Source: Polaromonas sp. (GTDB lineage Bacteria; Pseudomonadota; Gammaproteobacteria; Burkholderiales; Burkholderiaceae_C). From it: a DNA stretch of 64,000 nucleotides. Below are positions 37,301 through 46,527 of the stretch, piece after piece (positions within the stretch are counted from its first letter, which is position 1; each line of letters opens with the position of its first letter). Both the position numbers and the translations under genes were made by a program. Below the pieces are notes generated by a model. That model had not been told where the DNA came from. It ran no database searches and worked only from the letters and a program-made list of their open reading frames with translations. Location: NCBI GenBank assembly GCA_025363315.1, contig JANYED010000167.1, positions 8,348 to 72,347 on the forward strand, written 5' to 3'.

Positions 37301-40292
37301 TTTCACACAGCAGCAGCCCGCGTGCATCGCTTTTGCCGCTGCACACACTGCCTAAATCCTTGATTTCAGTCTTGTTGTCGTAGGTGTAAAAGCCGCCCAC
37401 CATGCGCTTGCGGCTGGTGGTGACAATACGCGCCACGGCCTGCACTGTCAGTGCAATATCTGTAGCAGCGAGCCCCTTTAAATCAAGTGCTAGCGCCTGA
37501 AACTTGATTTTCTGGCTGCTCGACACCCAGCCCTCCGTTTTGATGCCCGCCACTACGCCTGAAGGCCACAACGTGCTCAAGCTTCGAATCGTTTGCACCT
37601 CGCCATTCGGGTCGGCATAGGTGGCTTCCAGCAGCAGCTCTTGCGGTTGTTTGGCAGTAGGTACATCAGAAATGGTGACTTTACCTGCACCGTTTTTGTT
37701 CAGCGTTAACGGCAACTTGTCAGCTATAACGCGCTGGTCTTGTGATGCCGTGGTTTCCTCTTCGCCTTGTGCATTGCCGGTTTGCTTGCCGCGCGGCGGG
37801 CTAAAGCTGAACTCTTCGTAGTCGCTATAGCTTAAATACTTGCCGCGCACCAGGGCTGACACACGCACGGGCAAGTTCACCGCGCCGCCGCCCGCTACAT
37901 AGTTGATTTGCACGTCGGCGGGTACGGACTTGACATTGACCAGCGCCTTTTTGTTGGTGGGCGTAACGCGCCCTTCAAGCACCGGCAAGCGAAACTCTTC
38001 CACTCTGAATTGGCCCGTGCTGATGTTGCCGTTGCTGCTATCGCTATCGCTGTCGCTGTCGTTATTTTTTTGCCTGTCGAGGTAGACCTGATAGATGCCA
38101 AGTTTGGCAGCGGGCGGTATGGCAAATGTGTTCTCGGCGCTTTGGCCACCCGTTGCGGTTTTGCGCCAATTGAGGGCTTGTTTGTACTGCTGTCCGCTAC
38201 CCACGTGGGTGACGATCAGCGTTTCGGGTAACACGCTGGCCAGGCCAAAACCTTTGCTGGTCTCGGTGCGCAAAATATGCTTCATCGACACGGTTTCGCC
38301 CGCTTTGAACAGCGTGCGGTCAAAAATGGTGTGGGCACGTTCGTCGGGCACGGGTTCGCGGCTGGTCGGCACGTTAAAACGCCACGGCTCGATGCCTTTG
38401 TGCCAATTGCTCCAGGTGAAGGCCAAATCATCTGCAGCCCGAGCGCTTATGAAATAAGCGCCATTGGTTTCTGACTCGCCGTCTGAATCACTGCCTGAAC
38501 TATTTCTGTAGCACTGCCCGGGGTCGGGCGACAAGCCGGTGAAGTTGGCAATACCTTGCGCGTTGGTAGTGGCCTTGGCAAGCTGCTTGCCGTTGCAGTC
38601 AGACACCGCCACTTGGGCGTTGGCAACCACCGTACCTTTGTCCAATGTGGTCACCCAGGCCATTGCGTTTTCTCGCCCCAGCTTGAAGTGCACCGCGAGG
38701 TTGGTGACCAGTGCGGATGTACGAACGTACATTGTCCTGGACGCGCCGTAGCGCTCGTCGAGCAACGAGCCTCCTAGTTTTTGCGACGCAATTTCCACCA
38801 CGTGAAAGCCAGGTGAAAGTGGAATACCCACCACCTCAAATGGACGTGGATCCGCGGCGACGGGTTTGGGTAAATCTAAGGTGGTAACTCCCGGCTGACT
38901 TTGCAACAGCGAGACGGTGCGCGATTGAACAGTGTCTTTGTCTCGCTTTTCGAGTACCTTCGGCAATACGCCTTTGACATCACGAATGGCCATGCGGCGC
39001 GGCACTTCATAGCTGTCGTAGCGCTGCACTTTGCGAAACCACGCAATGATTTCTGCATCCGTCTTGGGTTGTAGCCCGTTGACTTTTCCTGGGGTCAGGC
39101 CCTTGATCGGCAAGGCCGCTTCAACGTTGCGCAGCGTCACGGGCAGCAGCGCCATGTAACCAGGCTCGCCGTTATTTTCCGCGTACCGCTCCACAATGCC
39201 AAACGGTGCGGCCGCAAATTTTGCCAGCGGCGGCATCGCGCCGGTGGCTACCCTCAAAGGAAAGCTGTCAGCATTGTTCAGCGGCCGGCCTGATGCGTCT
39301 TTGAAGTCTTTGGGCAGCTCCAGCACATAGGGCGTGGATTCACTGAACAGCGGCTTGAAGGTGATGCTGTTCACCACGTCCGCTGCATCGCCTTCATTTT
39401 CAAACGTCGGCTTAAGCTTGTCTTTGCCGCCCGTCAAACGAATCGCCTCGGCCAGCTTGCGCGGCACCGGTGCGTTGAAGTTCAGGCTCATCGGCCGGAT
39501 GGGCAGACAGGCCGACTGGGCGTTTTCACGCTCGCAGTTGAAGCTGGCAGCAAACGGCTCGCGCACCTTGAAGTTGTAGCGCTTTTCAATGCTGTTGGGT
39601 ATACCGCTTGGCGTGCTGACACCTTTGCCGTAGACCAGTTGCATTTTGCTGGCGGGCGTGAGGCGGCGATTGCAGGTGAGGGCGGCAAACTTCAATGGCT
39701 CGGCGGCTGCGGCTTTGTCCAGCCCCTGCGACTTTAAAAGCGCATCACGCTCTTTGCCCTCAATCAGCTTGACGGGCACTCGCTCGCCCAGGCCCTCAAC
39801 GCTGCACCACACATTGTCTTGAATGCTTTTGAGCGTCGCCGCGCCATTGAGCTGAAGTAAAAAATACTGTTCTTCATCAATCCGCTCGCCACCAGAGGGT
39901 TGCAGGCTTTGAATAAACGGCCCGCTAGTATTGAATTTATAGCTACTTGCGCCCGTCAACAGGGCGCCAGAGGGCGATTTAAGCCCAGCACGCATCTGCA
40001 CATTGCAGTTCACACCCGGCGGTAAGTCGTTTTCAAACTCGAACGCCCATTCGCGGTCGCTGATCCAGCGGCCACTGCCTTTGCTGGCTTGTGCATCGCT
40101 GCAACTTAGCGTCAAAGGCGCAGGCGCTTTGGGGTCGCCAAAATTGACGGCGCTGTCGTCAAACTTGGCCACCACCTGGCGTATGCGCGCCACCTCGCCT
40201 TGCGGACTGAGGCTGGTGATTTGCAGCGCCTGCGTGGGAAGTGCTGCGGCCGCCATACCGGCGGCGATGAGTCTCAAAGTGATGGATAGCAA
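34308..40292 (-). CDS. Bacterial alpha-2-macroglobulin (YfhM-like)
   Basis: About 1990 aa; thioester motif YPFACLEQ; paired with pbpC. GAGGAG RBS 6 nt before TTG at 40292 suggests this start rather than 40340. Confidence 0.92.
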   Translation of the reverse strand: MLSITLRLIAAGMAAAALPTQALQITSLSPQGEVARIRQVVAKFDDSAVNFGDPKAPAPLTLSCSDAQASKGSGRWISDREWAFEFENDLPPGVNCNVQMRAGLKSPSGALLTGASSYKFNTSGPFIQSLQPSGGERIDEEQYFLLQLNGAATLKSIQDNVWCSVEGLGERVPVKLIEGKERDALLKSQGLDKAAAAEPLKFAALTCNRRLTPASKMQLVYGKGVSTPSGIPNSIEKRYNFKVREPFAASFNCERENAQSACLPIRPMSLNFNAPVPRKLAEAIRLTGGKDKLKPTFENEGDAADVVNSITFKPLFSESTPYVLELPKDFKDASGRPLNNADSFPLRVATGAMPPLAKFAAAPFGIVERYAENNGEPGYMALLPVTLRNVEAALPIKGLTPGKVNGLQPKTDAEIIAWFRKVQRYDSYEVPRRMAIRDVKGVLPKVLEKRDKDTVQSRTVSLLQSQPGVTTLDLPKPVAADPRPFEVVGIPLSPGFHVVEIASQKLGGSLLDERYGASRTMYVRTSALVTNLAVHFKLGRENAMAWVTTLDKGTVVANAQVAVSDCNGKQLAKATTNAQGIANFTGLSPDPGQCYRNSSGSDSDGESETNGAYFISARAADDLAFTWSNWHKGIEPWRFNVPTSREPVPDERAHTIFDRTLFKAGETVSMKHILRTETSKGFGLASVLPETLIVTHVGSGQQYKQALNWRKTATGGQSAENTFAIPPAAKLGIYQVYLDRQKNNDSDSDSDSSNGNISTGQFRVEEFRLPVLEGRVTPTNKKALVNVKSVPADVQINYVAGGGAVNLPVRVSALVRGKYLSYSDYEEFSFSPPRGKQTGNAQGEEETTASQDQRVIADKLPLTLNKNGAGKVTISDVPTAKQPQELLLEATYADPNGEVQTIRSLSTLWPSGVVAGIKTEGWVSSSQKIKFQALALDLKGLAATDIALTVQAVARIVTTSRKRMVGGFYTYDNKTEIKDLGSVCSGKSDARGLLLCETKLGEAGEVELIVTAKDKDGNTIQAASSVYVTKQGELWFGGENHDRMDVLPEKKSYQPGDVAKFQVRMPFRFATALVAVEREGIIDTQVVQLNGQDPTISLKIKEGWGPNVYVSVLALRGRLREVPWYSFFTWGFKAPKEWWTSFWYEGREYVAPTALVDLSKPAFRLGLAEIRVGTKAHQLDVSVKPDKESYAVRSQAKVTIQVKLPSGQPAANAEVALAAVDQALLELMPNSSWGLLDAMLQRRAWGVETSTAQMEIIGRRHYGRKAVAAGGGGGRSNTRELLDTLLLWNPRVQLDANGQAVVTVPLNDALTTFKIVAVADAATGLFGTGQTSIKATQDLQIISGLPPLVREDDQFRAQITLRNTTKAAMKVEVAPRATLLELKPQTVDIPAGEAREVAWTVTAPGQLGFTRQEAILWEIEAKDTISGVRDGLKARQRIIPAVPLTVQQATLIQVDGSFSLDVNPPADALPGRGGLKMSLQPKLADGMDGVRDWFANYPFACLEQKTSKSVGLRDGKLWQSVVGQIPGYLDSDGLANYFPPRDGDAARGSDALTAYLLAATHEAASINPAFALPDDVRAPMERGLIAFVEGRIQREFWSPRKDLDVRKLAALEALARYGKAQGRMLGSITIAPNQWPTNAVIDWLSILKRVSDVPKREERIAEANQVLKSRLSYQGTKLIFSTEKDDYWWWLMVNGDVNTARLMLAVMDDAAWKDDIGRLANGFIGRQQKGAWLTTTANLWGGLALDKFSARFEATPVAGVTKAALTAAAAQVDWAKVDRVKTTDAGGAPNQTTMFGAPASPGNLRNNTMFLTWAKAASAAKDSLNVTHTGTGRPWLTLQSLAAVQLKEPFNAGYQIKKTMDPVEQAVKGIYTRGDVVRITLEVNASADMTWVAITDPIPGGATILGSGLGRDSEIATKGEKKSGSGWPAFEERSFEAFRSYYEYLPKGVVKMQYTMRLNNVGDFALPPSRVEAMYAPEMFGEAPNARVKVGGVK
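39927..39980 (+). repeat. 54-bp motif, copy 9 (antisense inside A2M, KSPSGALLTGASSYKFNT)
   Basis: agtat tgaattt atagc tact tgcgc ccg tcaacag ggcgcc agagggcgattt. Confidence 0.82.
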
Positions 40293-40424
40293 GGTGGGCT
40301 CCTCAAAATTTGTCTTTTTTGACTCTCGAGAGTAGCTCAATTGAAAGCACTTTCGGTTACATCGCCTTGCAACAGGTTGCGACTTTTGCCCATGACAATC
40401 GGGCTTTGATTCAGAAGCTCCGGA

Positions 40425-41105
40425 ATGTTAAGTAAAACCTCGTTGAAACCCGTTGCCTCCTGTTTGTTGATGGTTGCCTTGACTTGCGCTTTGGTCGGCT
40501 GCGGCGGTGGAGCCGGTGATGCGCCAGGGCCCAACACAGCCGCGGGCAGTGGTGCCGCAACCAATGCTGTTGCACCGCTGCCGGTTCCCGTTGCTGCGGC
40601 CACGCCGCCCGCGGTCACGCTAACGCCTTTGTCGGTGGTGCCAGCCGTCTCTGCCAGCGACTTCAGCTGCGGTTTGAATGGTGCGGCGGGCATTGAGGCT
40701 GAAATCACGCAGCGGATGAACGCAGCCCGGGCTGCCGGTGCGGTGTGCGGCACCACGACGTATGCAGCCGCTGCCGCTTTGGTATGGAACAGCACGCTGC
40801 TGGCCGCAGCCAAAGGGCATTCAGCCGACATGGCACAAAAAAATTACTTTTCGCACACCAGTCAGGACGGCCGCACCGCTGGCCAGCGCATCACCACAGC
40901 GGGCTACAACTGGTCAGCGTACGGCGAAAACATTGCTGCGGGTCAAACCACGGTCGAGCAGGTCATGACAGGCTGGATCAACAGCCCCGGCCATTGCCAG
41001 AACCTGATGAACCCGAATTTCCGCGATGTGGCCGTGGCCTGCGTGCGCAACGACGCTGCCGACTATCGGCTTTATTGGACCATGGATTTGGGGCGCAGCC
41101 GCTGA
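40425..41105 (+). CDS. CAP/SCP-domain lipoprotein
   Basis: Lipobox LVGC; AAKGHSADMA, FSHTS, YGENIAAGQ, WINSPGHCQNLMNP, YWT. Confidence 0.9.
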   Translation: MLSKTSLKPVASCLLMVALTCALVGCGGGAGDAPGPNTAAGSGAATNAVAPLPVPVAAATPPAVTLTPLSVVPAVSASDFSCGLNGAAGIEAEITQRMNAARAAGAVCGTTTYAAAAALVWNSTLLAAAKGHSADMAQKNYFSHTSQDGRTAGQRITTAGYNWSAYGENIAAGQTTVEQVMTGWINSPGHCQNLMNPNFRDVAVACVRNDAADYRLYWTMDLGRSR

Positions 41106-41128
41106 GGTGGGACGGCTAAAAGGTCATC

Positions 41129-42547
41129 TCAAACGGGCTGTGCCAGCCGCGCCCGATGCCGCGCAATCTGCGCCCGCACCTGCACCGGTGCGGTGCCGCC
41201 CAATGTACTGCGCGCGTTCAGAGAGCCGCGCAAGCTTAGGCACTCGTACACGTCTTTTTCTATTTTTCCGTTGAAGCCTTGCAGCACCTCCAGCGGCAGT
41301 TCTGACAAATCGACGTTATGCGACATGGCAGCTTTCACGGCGTGCGCCACGGCCTCATGCGCGTCCCTGAAGGGCAAGCCCTTTTTTACCATGTAGTCGG
41401 CCAAGTCAGTCGCTGTGGCGTAGCCGCACAACGCGGCTTGCTCCATCGCTTTGGGTTTGACGGTAATGCCTTTTACCATCTCGGCAAATATGCGCAGGGT
41501 GTCTTTAAGCGTGTCTACCGTGTCAAACAGCGGCTCTTTGTCTTCCTGGTTGTCCTTGTTGTAGGCCAGGGGCTGGCCCTTCATCAGCGTGATCAAGCCC
41601 ATCAAATGGCCAACGACACGGCCGGTTTTGCCGCGTGCCAGTTCGGGAACGTCCGGGTTCTTCTTCTGCGGCATGATGGACGAGCCGGTGGTGAAACGGT
41701 CCGGGATGTGAATGAAGCCAAAGTTTTGGCTCATCCACAAAATCAGCTCCTCGCTCATGCGGCTGATGTGTACCATGGCAATGGATGCAGCGGCGGTAAA
41801 TTCAATAGCAAAGTCGCGGTCACTCACCGCATCAAGCGAGTTTTGGCAAACGCAGGGCTGGCCGCTTTCATCGACCATGCCCAGTGTTTTGGCAACGCGT
41901 TCGCGGTCCAGCGGATAGCTGGTGCCGGCCAGCGCAGCAGCACCCAGCGGCAGAAAATTAACGCGTTTGCGCACCTCTGCCATGCGCGCCGCATCACGTG
42001 CAAACATTTCCACATAGGCCAGCATGTGGTGGCCAAAGCTGACGGGCTGCGCTACCTGCAGGTGGGTGAAGCCGGGCAGAATCACATCGACATTCGCTTC
42101 TGCAACATCGACGAGTGCTGTTTGCAGTGCTACCAACAAATCGTCAATCAGATCAATCTCACCGCGCAGCCACAGGCGCACATCAGTAGTGACCTGGTCG
42201 TTTCTGGATCGGCCAGTGTGCAGGCGCTTGCCCGCGTCGCCCATTAGCGCAGTCAGACGGGCTTCAATGTTCAGATGAACATCTTCCAGGTCAAGCTTCC
42301 ATTCAAAATCGCCCGATTCGATCTCGGCCGTGATTTTTGCCATGCCTTCTTTGATGGATGCATGGTCAGCCGCGTTGATGATCCCTTGCGCTGCCAGCAT
42401 GTCGGCGTGCGCCAGCGAGCCCGTGATGTCCGCTTTCCACAGGCGCTTGTCAAAAAATACACTCGACGTGTAGCGCTTGACCAGATCGCTCATGGGTTCA
42501 GAAAAGAGCGCCGACCAGGCTTGGGATTTTTTGTCGAATTGGTTCAC
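41129..42547 (-). CDS. argH: Argininosuccinate lyase
   Basis: [47 protein letters not shown]. Confidence 0.96.
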   Translation of the reverse strand: MNQFDKKSQAWSALFSEPMSDLVKRYTSSVFFDKRLWKADITGSLAHADMLAAQGIINAADHASIKEGMAKITAEIESGDFEWKLDLEDVHLNIEARLTALMGDAGKRLHTGRSRNDQVTTDVRLWLRGEIDLIDDLLVALQTALVDVAEANVDVILPGFTHLQVAQPVSFGHHMLAYVEMFARDAARMAEVRKRVNFLPLGAAALAGTSYPLDRERVAKTLGMVDESGQPCVCQNSLDAVSDRDFAIEFTAAASIAMVHISRMSEELILWMSQNFGFIHIPDRFTTGSSIMPQKKNPDVPELARGKTGRVVGHLMGLITLMKGQPLAYNKDNQEDKEPLFDTVDTLKDTLRIFAEMVKGITVKPKAMEQAALCGYATATDLADYMVKKGLPFRDAHEAVAHAVKAAMSHNVDLSELPLEVLQGFNGKIEKDVYECLSLRGSLNARSTLGGTAPVQVRAQIARHRARLAQPV

Positions 42548-42713
42548 ATTAAACTTTCTGGAGCGTGCCCGTCGGCGACGTTGGGCTTGTTTGCAGCGCC
42601 GGGCAGTGCAATACTCCCACCAGCCTCTGTTATGCCATTCATTTTTACGTCACTCATTTTATCTGCCCCGCTTACACCAACATGCTAGCGCCACCGCCAC
42701 CGCCACCAGCACC

Positions 42714-43778
42714 ATGAAGCTTGCCCCGCCAGCATTTGCTGAATCTACCCTGCACGGCGGCCTGACGCCGCTGGACGATGGCGCGAGTCCGGTCCAGGCG
42801 GTGCTGATTCGACCCAACATGTTTGATGCTTGCCACGTCGGCGTAGTGCTGCGGGCTGTGTTGTTTGTTGAAAGCGTGGTCGGCGTGGGCGCCATGTTTG
42901 TGGCCAGCCAGCCGCTCGACTGGCTGCTTCGGTTTTCGTTGCTGACCGGCGGCGTGCTGCCCGCCACGCTGACCTGGCTGATAGCAGCTTGCGCTTTAAA
43001 AACGCGTCTGGCCCGGCTCAAGCCGGTTGTGCAATGGCTGGCAGGCGTCAGCTGGGGCGCTTTGGCAGGCTTGTACGGCTGCGGCTTGCTGGGTTTTATG
43101 GGTTTGCTGCAGCCCGCCCCGTGGTTTGCCAGTGCAGCAGCGGGCGCCTTGATCTCCAGCATGCTGCTTGCTGGGCTTTTTTGGCGGGCGCGGGCGCGCA
43201 CCCCGGCGGCCACCGCAGCCCGGCTGGCCGAGCTGCAATCGCGCATTCGCCCGCATTTTTTGTTCAACACCCTGAACAGCGCCATCGCGCTGGTGCGTGC
43301 GGAACCGCTTAAGGCCGAGGCGGTGCTGGAAGACTTGAGCGAGCTGTTTCGCAGCGCGCTGGCCGACCCGGCAGAGTCCGTCACGCTGAGCCAGGAAATT
43401 TCGCTGGCCCAGCGCTATCTGGAGATTGAGGAAATCCGTTTTGGCGAGCGTCTGCAAATCAGCTGGCACCTTGACGCCAACGCTATGCAGGCCAGGCTGC
43501 CACCGCTGCTGCTCCAGCCGCTGGTTGAAAACGCCATCAAGCATGGAGTAGAGCCAAGCGCTGCTGGGGCGCAGGTCAAAATCTCCACCGAACGGCGCGG
43601 CAGCACGGTGGTGGTCAAGGTCACCAACACCACACCGGCCGGCGTGGGTAGCCGTGGCCATGGGCTGGCCCTGGCCAATGTGCGAGAGCGTTTGCTGCTG
43701 CTGCATGATGTGCAGGCGCGCTTTCAAACGGTTTACAAAGACGGTGTTTTTCAGGTCCGGCTGGAATTACCCGTATGA
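42714..43778 (+). CDS. LytS/YehU-type (FimS/AlgZ-like) sensor histidine kinase
   Basis: Probable start MKLAPP; TM region then LQSRIRPHFLFNTLN, LLQPLVENAIKHG, GHGLALANVRERL. Confidence 0.88.
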   Translation: MKLAPPAFAESTLHGGLTPLDDGASPVQAVLIRPNMFDACHVGVVLRAVLFVESVVGVGAMFVASQPLDWLLRFSLLTGGVLPATLTWLIAACALKTRLARLKPVVQWLAGVSWGALAGLYGCGLLGFMGLLQPAPWFASAAAGALISSMLLAGLFWRARARTPAATAARLAELQSRIRPHFLFNTLNSAIALVRAEPLKAEAVLEDLSELFRSALADPAESVTLSQEISLAQRYLEIEEIRFGERLQISWHLDANAMQARLPPLLLQPLVENAIKHGVEPSAAGAQVKISTERRGSTVVVKVTNTTPAGVGSRGHGLALANVRERLLLLHDVQARFQTVYKDGVFQVRLELPV

Positions 43779-43788
43779 GCAGGCCCGT

Positions 43789-44529
43789 ATGAAACTGAGA
43801 GTGCTGCTGGTGGATGACGAAGCGCTGGCCAGAGCCCGGCTGCGCGTTCTGCTGGCCGACTGCCATGCCCCCGCAGCCGCCGTGGTGGCAGAAGCCGGTG
43901 ATGCCGCGCAGGCCATGGTCGCCATCCGGCAGCATGCGCTCGATGTGGTGTTGCTTGACGTGCGCATGCCCGGCATCAGTGGCGTGCAACTGGCGCAGGC
44001 GATTGCCGGGCTGCCCCAGCCACCGGCCGTGGTGTTCGTCACCGCGCATGCAGAGCACGCGGTGCAGGCCTTTGAAGTCGAAGCGGTGGATTACCTGACC
44101 AAACCGGTGCGGTTGGAACGATTGCAGCAAGCGCTACAAAAAGTGGAGCGGCTAGCCAATATTAACGCTGGGCTGCAGCCAGATTTATCAGGTGAAGTGC
44201 TGATCATTCAAGACCGCGGCCGCACCGAGCGCGTGCCACTGGCCGAGGTCTTGTACCTCAAAGCCGAGCTCAAATACATCACCGTGCGGACCGCCAGGCA
44301 GAGCTACATTCTGGATGGTGCGTTAAATGAGCTGGAAGAAAAGTACGCCGCCCACTTCATGCGCGTCCACCGCAATGCTTTGATTGCGCGCCGCGCGGTG
44401 CGGGCACTCGTCAAGCATTTTGACGATGAAGAAGGTGAAGGCTGGGCGGTACGACTCAGCGGCATTGACGAGCTTCTGGCGGTGTCGCGTCGCCAGCTCA
44501 GCGCAGTGCGCGAAGCCATTGCCAGCTGA
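43789..44529 (+). CDS. LytTR-family response regulator (AlgR-like)
   Basis: LVDDE, LLDVRMPG, FVTAH, DYLTKP receiver; LytTR domain with AELKY and RVHRNALI. Confidence 0.92.
   Translation: MKLRVLLVDDEALARARLRVLLADCHAPAAAVVAEAGDAAQAMVAIRQHALDVVLLDVRMPGISGVQLAQAIAGLPQPPAVVFVTAHAEHAVQAFEVEAVDYLTKPVRLERLQQALQKVERLANINAGLQPDLSGEVLIIQDRGRTERVPLAEVLYLKAELKYITVRTARQSYILDGALNELEEKYAAHFMRVHRNALIARRAVRALVKHFDDEEGEGWAVRLSGIDELLAVSRRQLSAVREAIAS
44133..44186 (+). repeat. 54-bp motif, copy 10 (degenerate, in the REC-LytTR linker)
   Basis: gctac aaaaagt ggagc ggct agcca ata ttaacgc tgggct gcagccagattt; aligns ungapped to copy 15. Confidence 0.72.
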
Positions 44530-44530
44530 T

Positions 44531-44562
44531 GGCAAGCCTCGCAGCATCGCGAGGCTTTGCCC
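44531..44562. terminator. Hairpin downstream of the LytTR regulator
   Basis: GGCAAGCCTCGC-AGCATC-GCGAGGCTTTGCC; no clear U-tract. Confidence 0.4.
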
Positions 44563-44808
44563 ACAGCGATTGGAACAGCTTGCGGCCCTGTGTGGGCTGA
44601 AAACTGATACACCGGCGCTGCAGGGATGGGTCTGAAAGGCTTCGTCCTACAGCTTGTTGAGGGCCGCCATGTTTGAATACATGGGTAAACATTACATGGG
44701 TTGCCGCTTCGCAAATTCTGCTGCCTAAAACATTCAGGACCATCTTGGATCGTGCCGGAAAACGGGGTTACCCGACTCGGCAGCCAGCCCGCCAGTACAG
44801 GAGACTGC

Positions 44809-46050
44809 ATGACACCCGACCCAACTGTTGCCGCTGACGCCATTCCCAGCGTCATTCCCGCCATTGTTCCAAGCCCCGCTCCAGACTCGGTAGCCGCAGC
44901 AGCTGCCAAGGCGCAGTCAGAGCCCGCGCCTGGCGAAAGACAGCCCTTTTTACTGCACATGCCGGTCAGCATACGCAGCGTGTCGCTGGTGGTGCTGGCA
45001 GCGTTTGCCGGGCTGTTTGTGCTGCACTGGGCCAAGGCGGTGTTTATTCCGCTCATGCTGGGCCTCGTTTTCAGCTACGCGCTGTCGCCGCTGGTCAACT
45101 GGATGGAGAACAAGCGCGTGCCGCGCTGGCTGGGTGCTGCGGTCTTGCTGCTAAGCATTCTGGCGGCGGCTGGCAGCACTTCCTATGCCCTGGCTGATGA
45201 AGCCGTCAAGCTGGTGGAATCGCTCCCGGCTGCTGCGCAAAAATTCCGCGAATCGATCAAGTCGCGGCGCGACAGACCAGCCAGCACGCTGGAGACCATG
45301 CAAAAAGCAGCCACACAAATAGAGCAGGCCGCGCAAGACGGCAGCCCGCCCCCAGCCGCCAACAACCGCGGCGCGATACGCGTGGTGGTAGAGCCGTCAC
45401 GCTTTAACATCAAGGACTATCTGTGGACGGGCACCCTCGGCCTGGTCGCGCTGCTGGGTCAGTTCACCGTGGTGGTTTTTTTGACCTATTTCCTGATGGT
45501 GTCGGGCAATACCTTCCGGCGCAAGCTGATCAAACTGGCCGGGCCGTCGCTCAGCAGCAAAAAAATCACGCTGCAGGCCCTGGATGAAATTACTGGGCAA
45601 ATTCAGCGCTACCTGCAGGTACAGCTTTTTACCAGTGCGCTGGTGGGCGTGCTGAGCGGCCTGGCCCTCGGCGCTCTCGGGCTTGAAAACGCGGCGGTGT
45701 GGGGTATTGCTGCCGGAGTGCTGAACCTGGTGCCGTATGTGGGCTCCCTGGTCACGGCCGTTGCTTCAGCGGGGGTGGCGTTTTTACAGTTTGGCTCCTT
45801 GAACATGGCGCTGCTGGTGGGCGGCGTGTCGTTGCTGATCCACACCATCGTGGGCAATCTGCTCACGCCGTGGCTCACCAGCCGCGCCAGCCGCATGAAC
45901 CCGGTGGCCGTGTTTGTCGGCCTGCTGGCCTGGGGCTGGCTGTGGGGCGTGTGGGGTTTGCTGCTCGGCATTCCCATCCTGATGATTGTGAAGGCGGTAT
46001 GCGACCGGGTGGACGACCTCAAACCGGTGGGTGAGTTTTTGGGGTCTTGA
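44809..46050 (+). CDS. AI-2E (PerM) family transporter
   Basis: Probable start MTPDPTV after GGAG; multiple TMs, LNLVPYVG, MNPVAVF, GLLLGIP. Confidence 0.88.
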   Translation: MTPDPTVAADAIPSVIPAIVPSPAPDSVAAAAAKAQSEPAPGERQPFLLHMPVSIRSVSLVVLAAFAGLFVLHWAKAVFIPLMLGLVFSYALSPLVNWMENKRVPRWLGAAVLLLSILAAAGSTSYALADEAVKLVESLPAAAQKFRESIKSRRDRPASTLETMQKAATQIEQAAQDGSPPPAANNRGAIRVVVEPSRFNIKDYLWTGTLGLVALLGQFTVVVFLTYFLMVSGNTFRRKLIKLAGPSLSSKKITLQALDEITGQIQRYLQVQLFTSALVGVLSGLALGALGLENAAVWGIAAGVLNLVPYVGSLVTAVASAGVAFLQFGSLNMALLVGGVSLLIHTIVGNLLTPWLTSRASRMNPVAVFVGLLAWGWLWGVWGLLLGIPILMIVKAVCDRVDDLKPVGEFLGS

Positions 46051-46065
46051 ACCGCGTCGTCAAGT

Positions 46066-46119
46066 GCTCCTGAATCAGGAGCTGCTTGTACCCGTCTATG
46101 TTGGTCTAGCGGCACTTTA
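46066..46119 (+). repeat. 54-bp motif, copy 11 (intergenic)
   Basis: gctcc tgaatca ggagc tgct tgtac ccg tctatgt tggtct agcggcacttta. Confidence 0.85.
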
Positions 46120-46169
46120 TATCCTTGCGCCTTGTCGCTGCCTTGCATGATCCGGCTCGGGCAGCACGT

Positions 46170-46334
46170 CGGCCAACGCTGACGATCACATCAGCGTTAA
46201 CGGCCGATCACAATGCCAAGTTCTCAACTGTATTGACCCATAGCGCTGGCGAGGTTACACACGCTTTAGCAGTTTTGACGCAAGAGTTGTGTGTTTTTGA
46301 TGTCTGGGCAACCAACGATGGACGGCCAGGTTGA
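46170..46334 (+). pseudogene. Possible degenerate immunoglobulin-like domain gene remnant
   Basis: Frame reads TLTITSALTADHNAKFSTVLTHSAGEVTHALAVLT, similar to the I-set pattern TLTI..A...D.G..Y.V.V.N.AG.V....A.LT (recollection); no credible start codon. Confidence 0.4.
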
Positions 46335-46459
46335 CACGACGCTGTTTTAGGCTTCAAAGCGTGTCGGGCTAGCCTTGCAGGCGCTTGGCGCTGCAGCAAC
46401 TGCCCCAAAGTGAACGAGACCCAATCACGCTGAACTGACGGCAGCGCTTTGATGAACTT

Positions 46460-46513
46460 GATATGAATTCAATAGCAGCACGCGCTGCTATCCATTGGCT
46501 CACAGCATTATGT
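46460..46513 (+). repeat. 54-bp motif, copy 12 (degenerate, intergenic)
   Basis: gatat gaattca atagc agca cgcgc tgc tatccat tggctc acagcattatgt. Confidence 0.7.
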
Positions 46514-46527
46514 TTATAGGCAGAACG

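Noticed and set aside
37449-37502. Possible 17th copy of the 54-bp motif in A2M (gtagc agcg agccc ctt taaatca agtgct agcg)
   Set aside because: The left palindrome arm is missing and the core has several mismatches; cannot be distinguished from chance without a PWM score.
38036-38062. (GCTRTC)n Ser-Asp microsatellite in A2M and (GGTCCGGGC)x3 in mdtA at 21382-21408
   Set aside because: Frame-preserving low-complexity linkers with no sign of phase variation.
38425-38465. Palindrome GCGCTTAT-GAA-ATAAGCGC next to GGGCTGCAG in A2M as a motif variant
   Set aside because: Spacing does not fit the otherwise invariant 54-bp layout.
42477-42713. N-terminal extension of the sensor kinase ORF (433 aa call)
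   Set aside because: It overlaps the argH 5' end on the opposite strand and is low-complexity (GCCACC repeats); ATG 42714 is more plausible.
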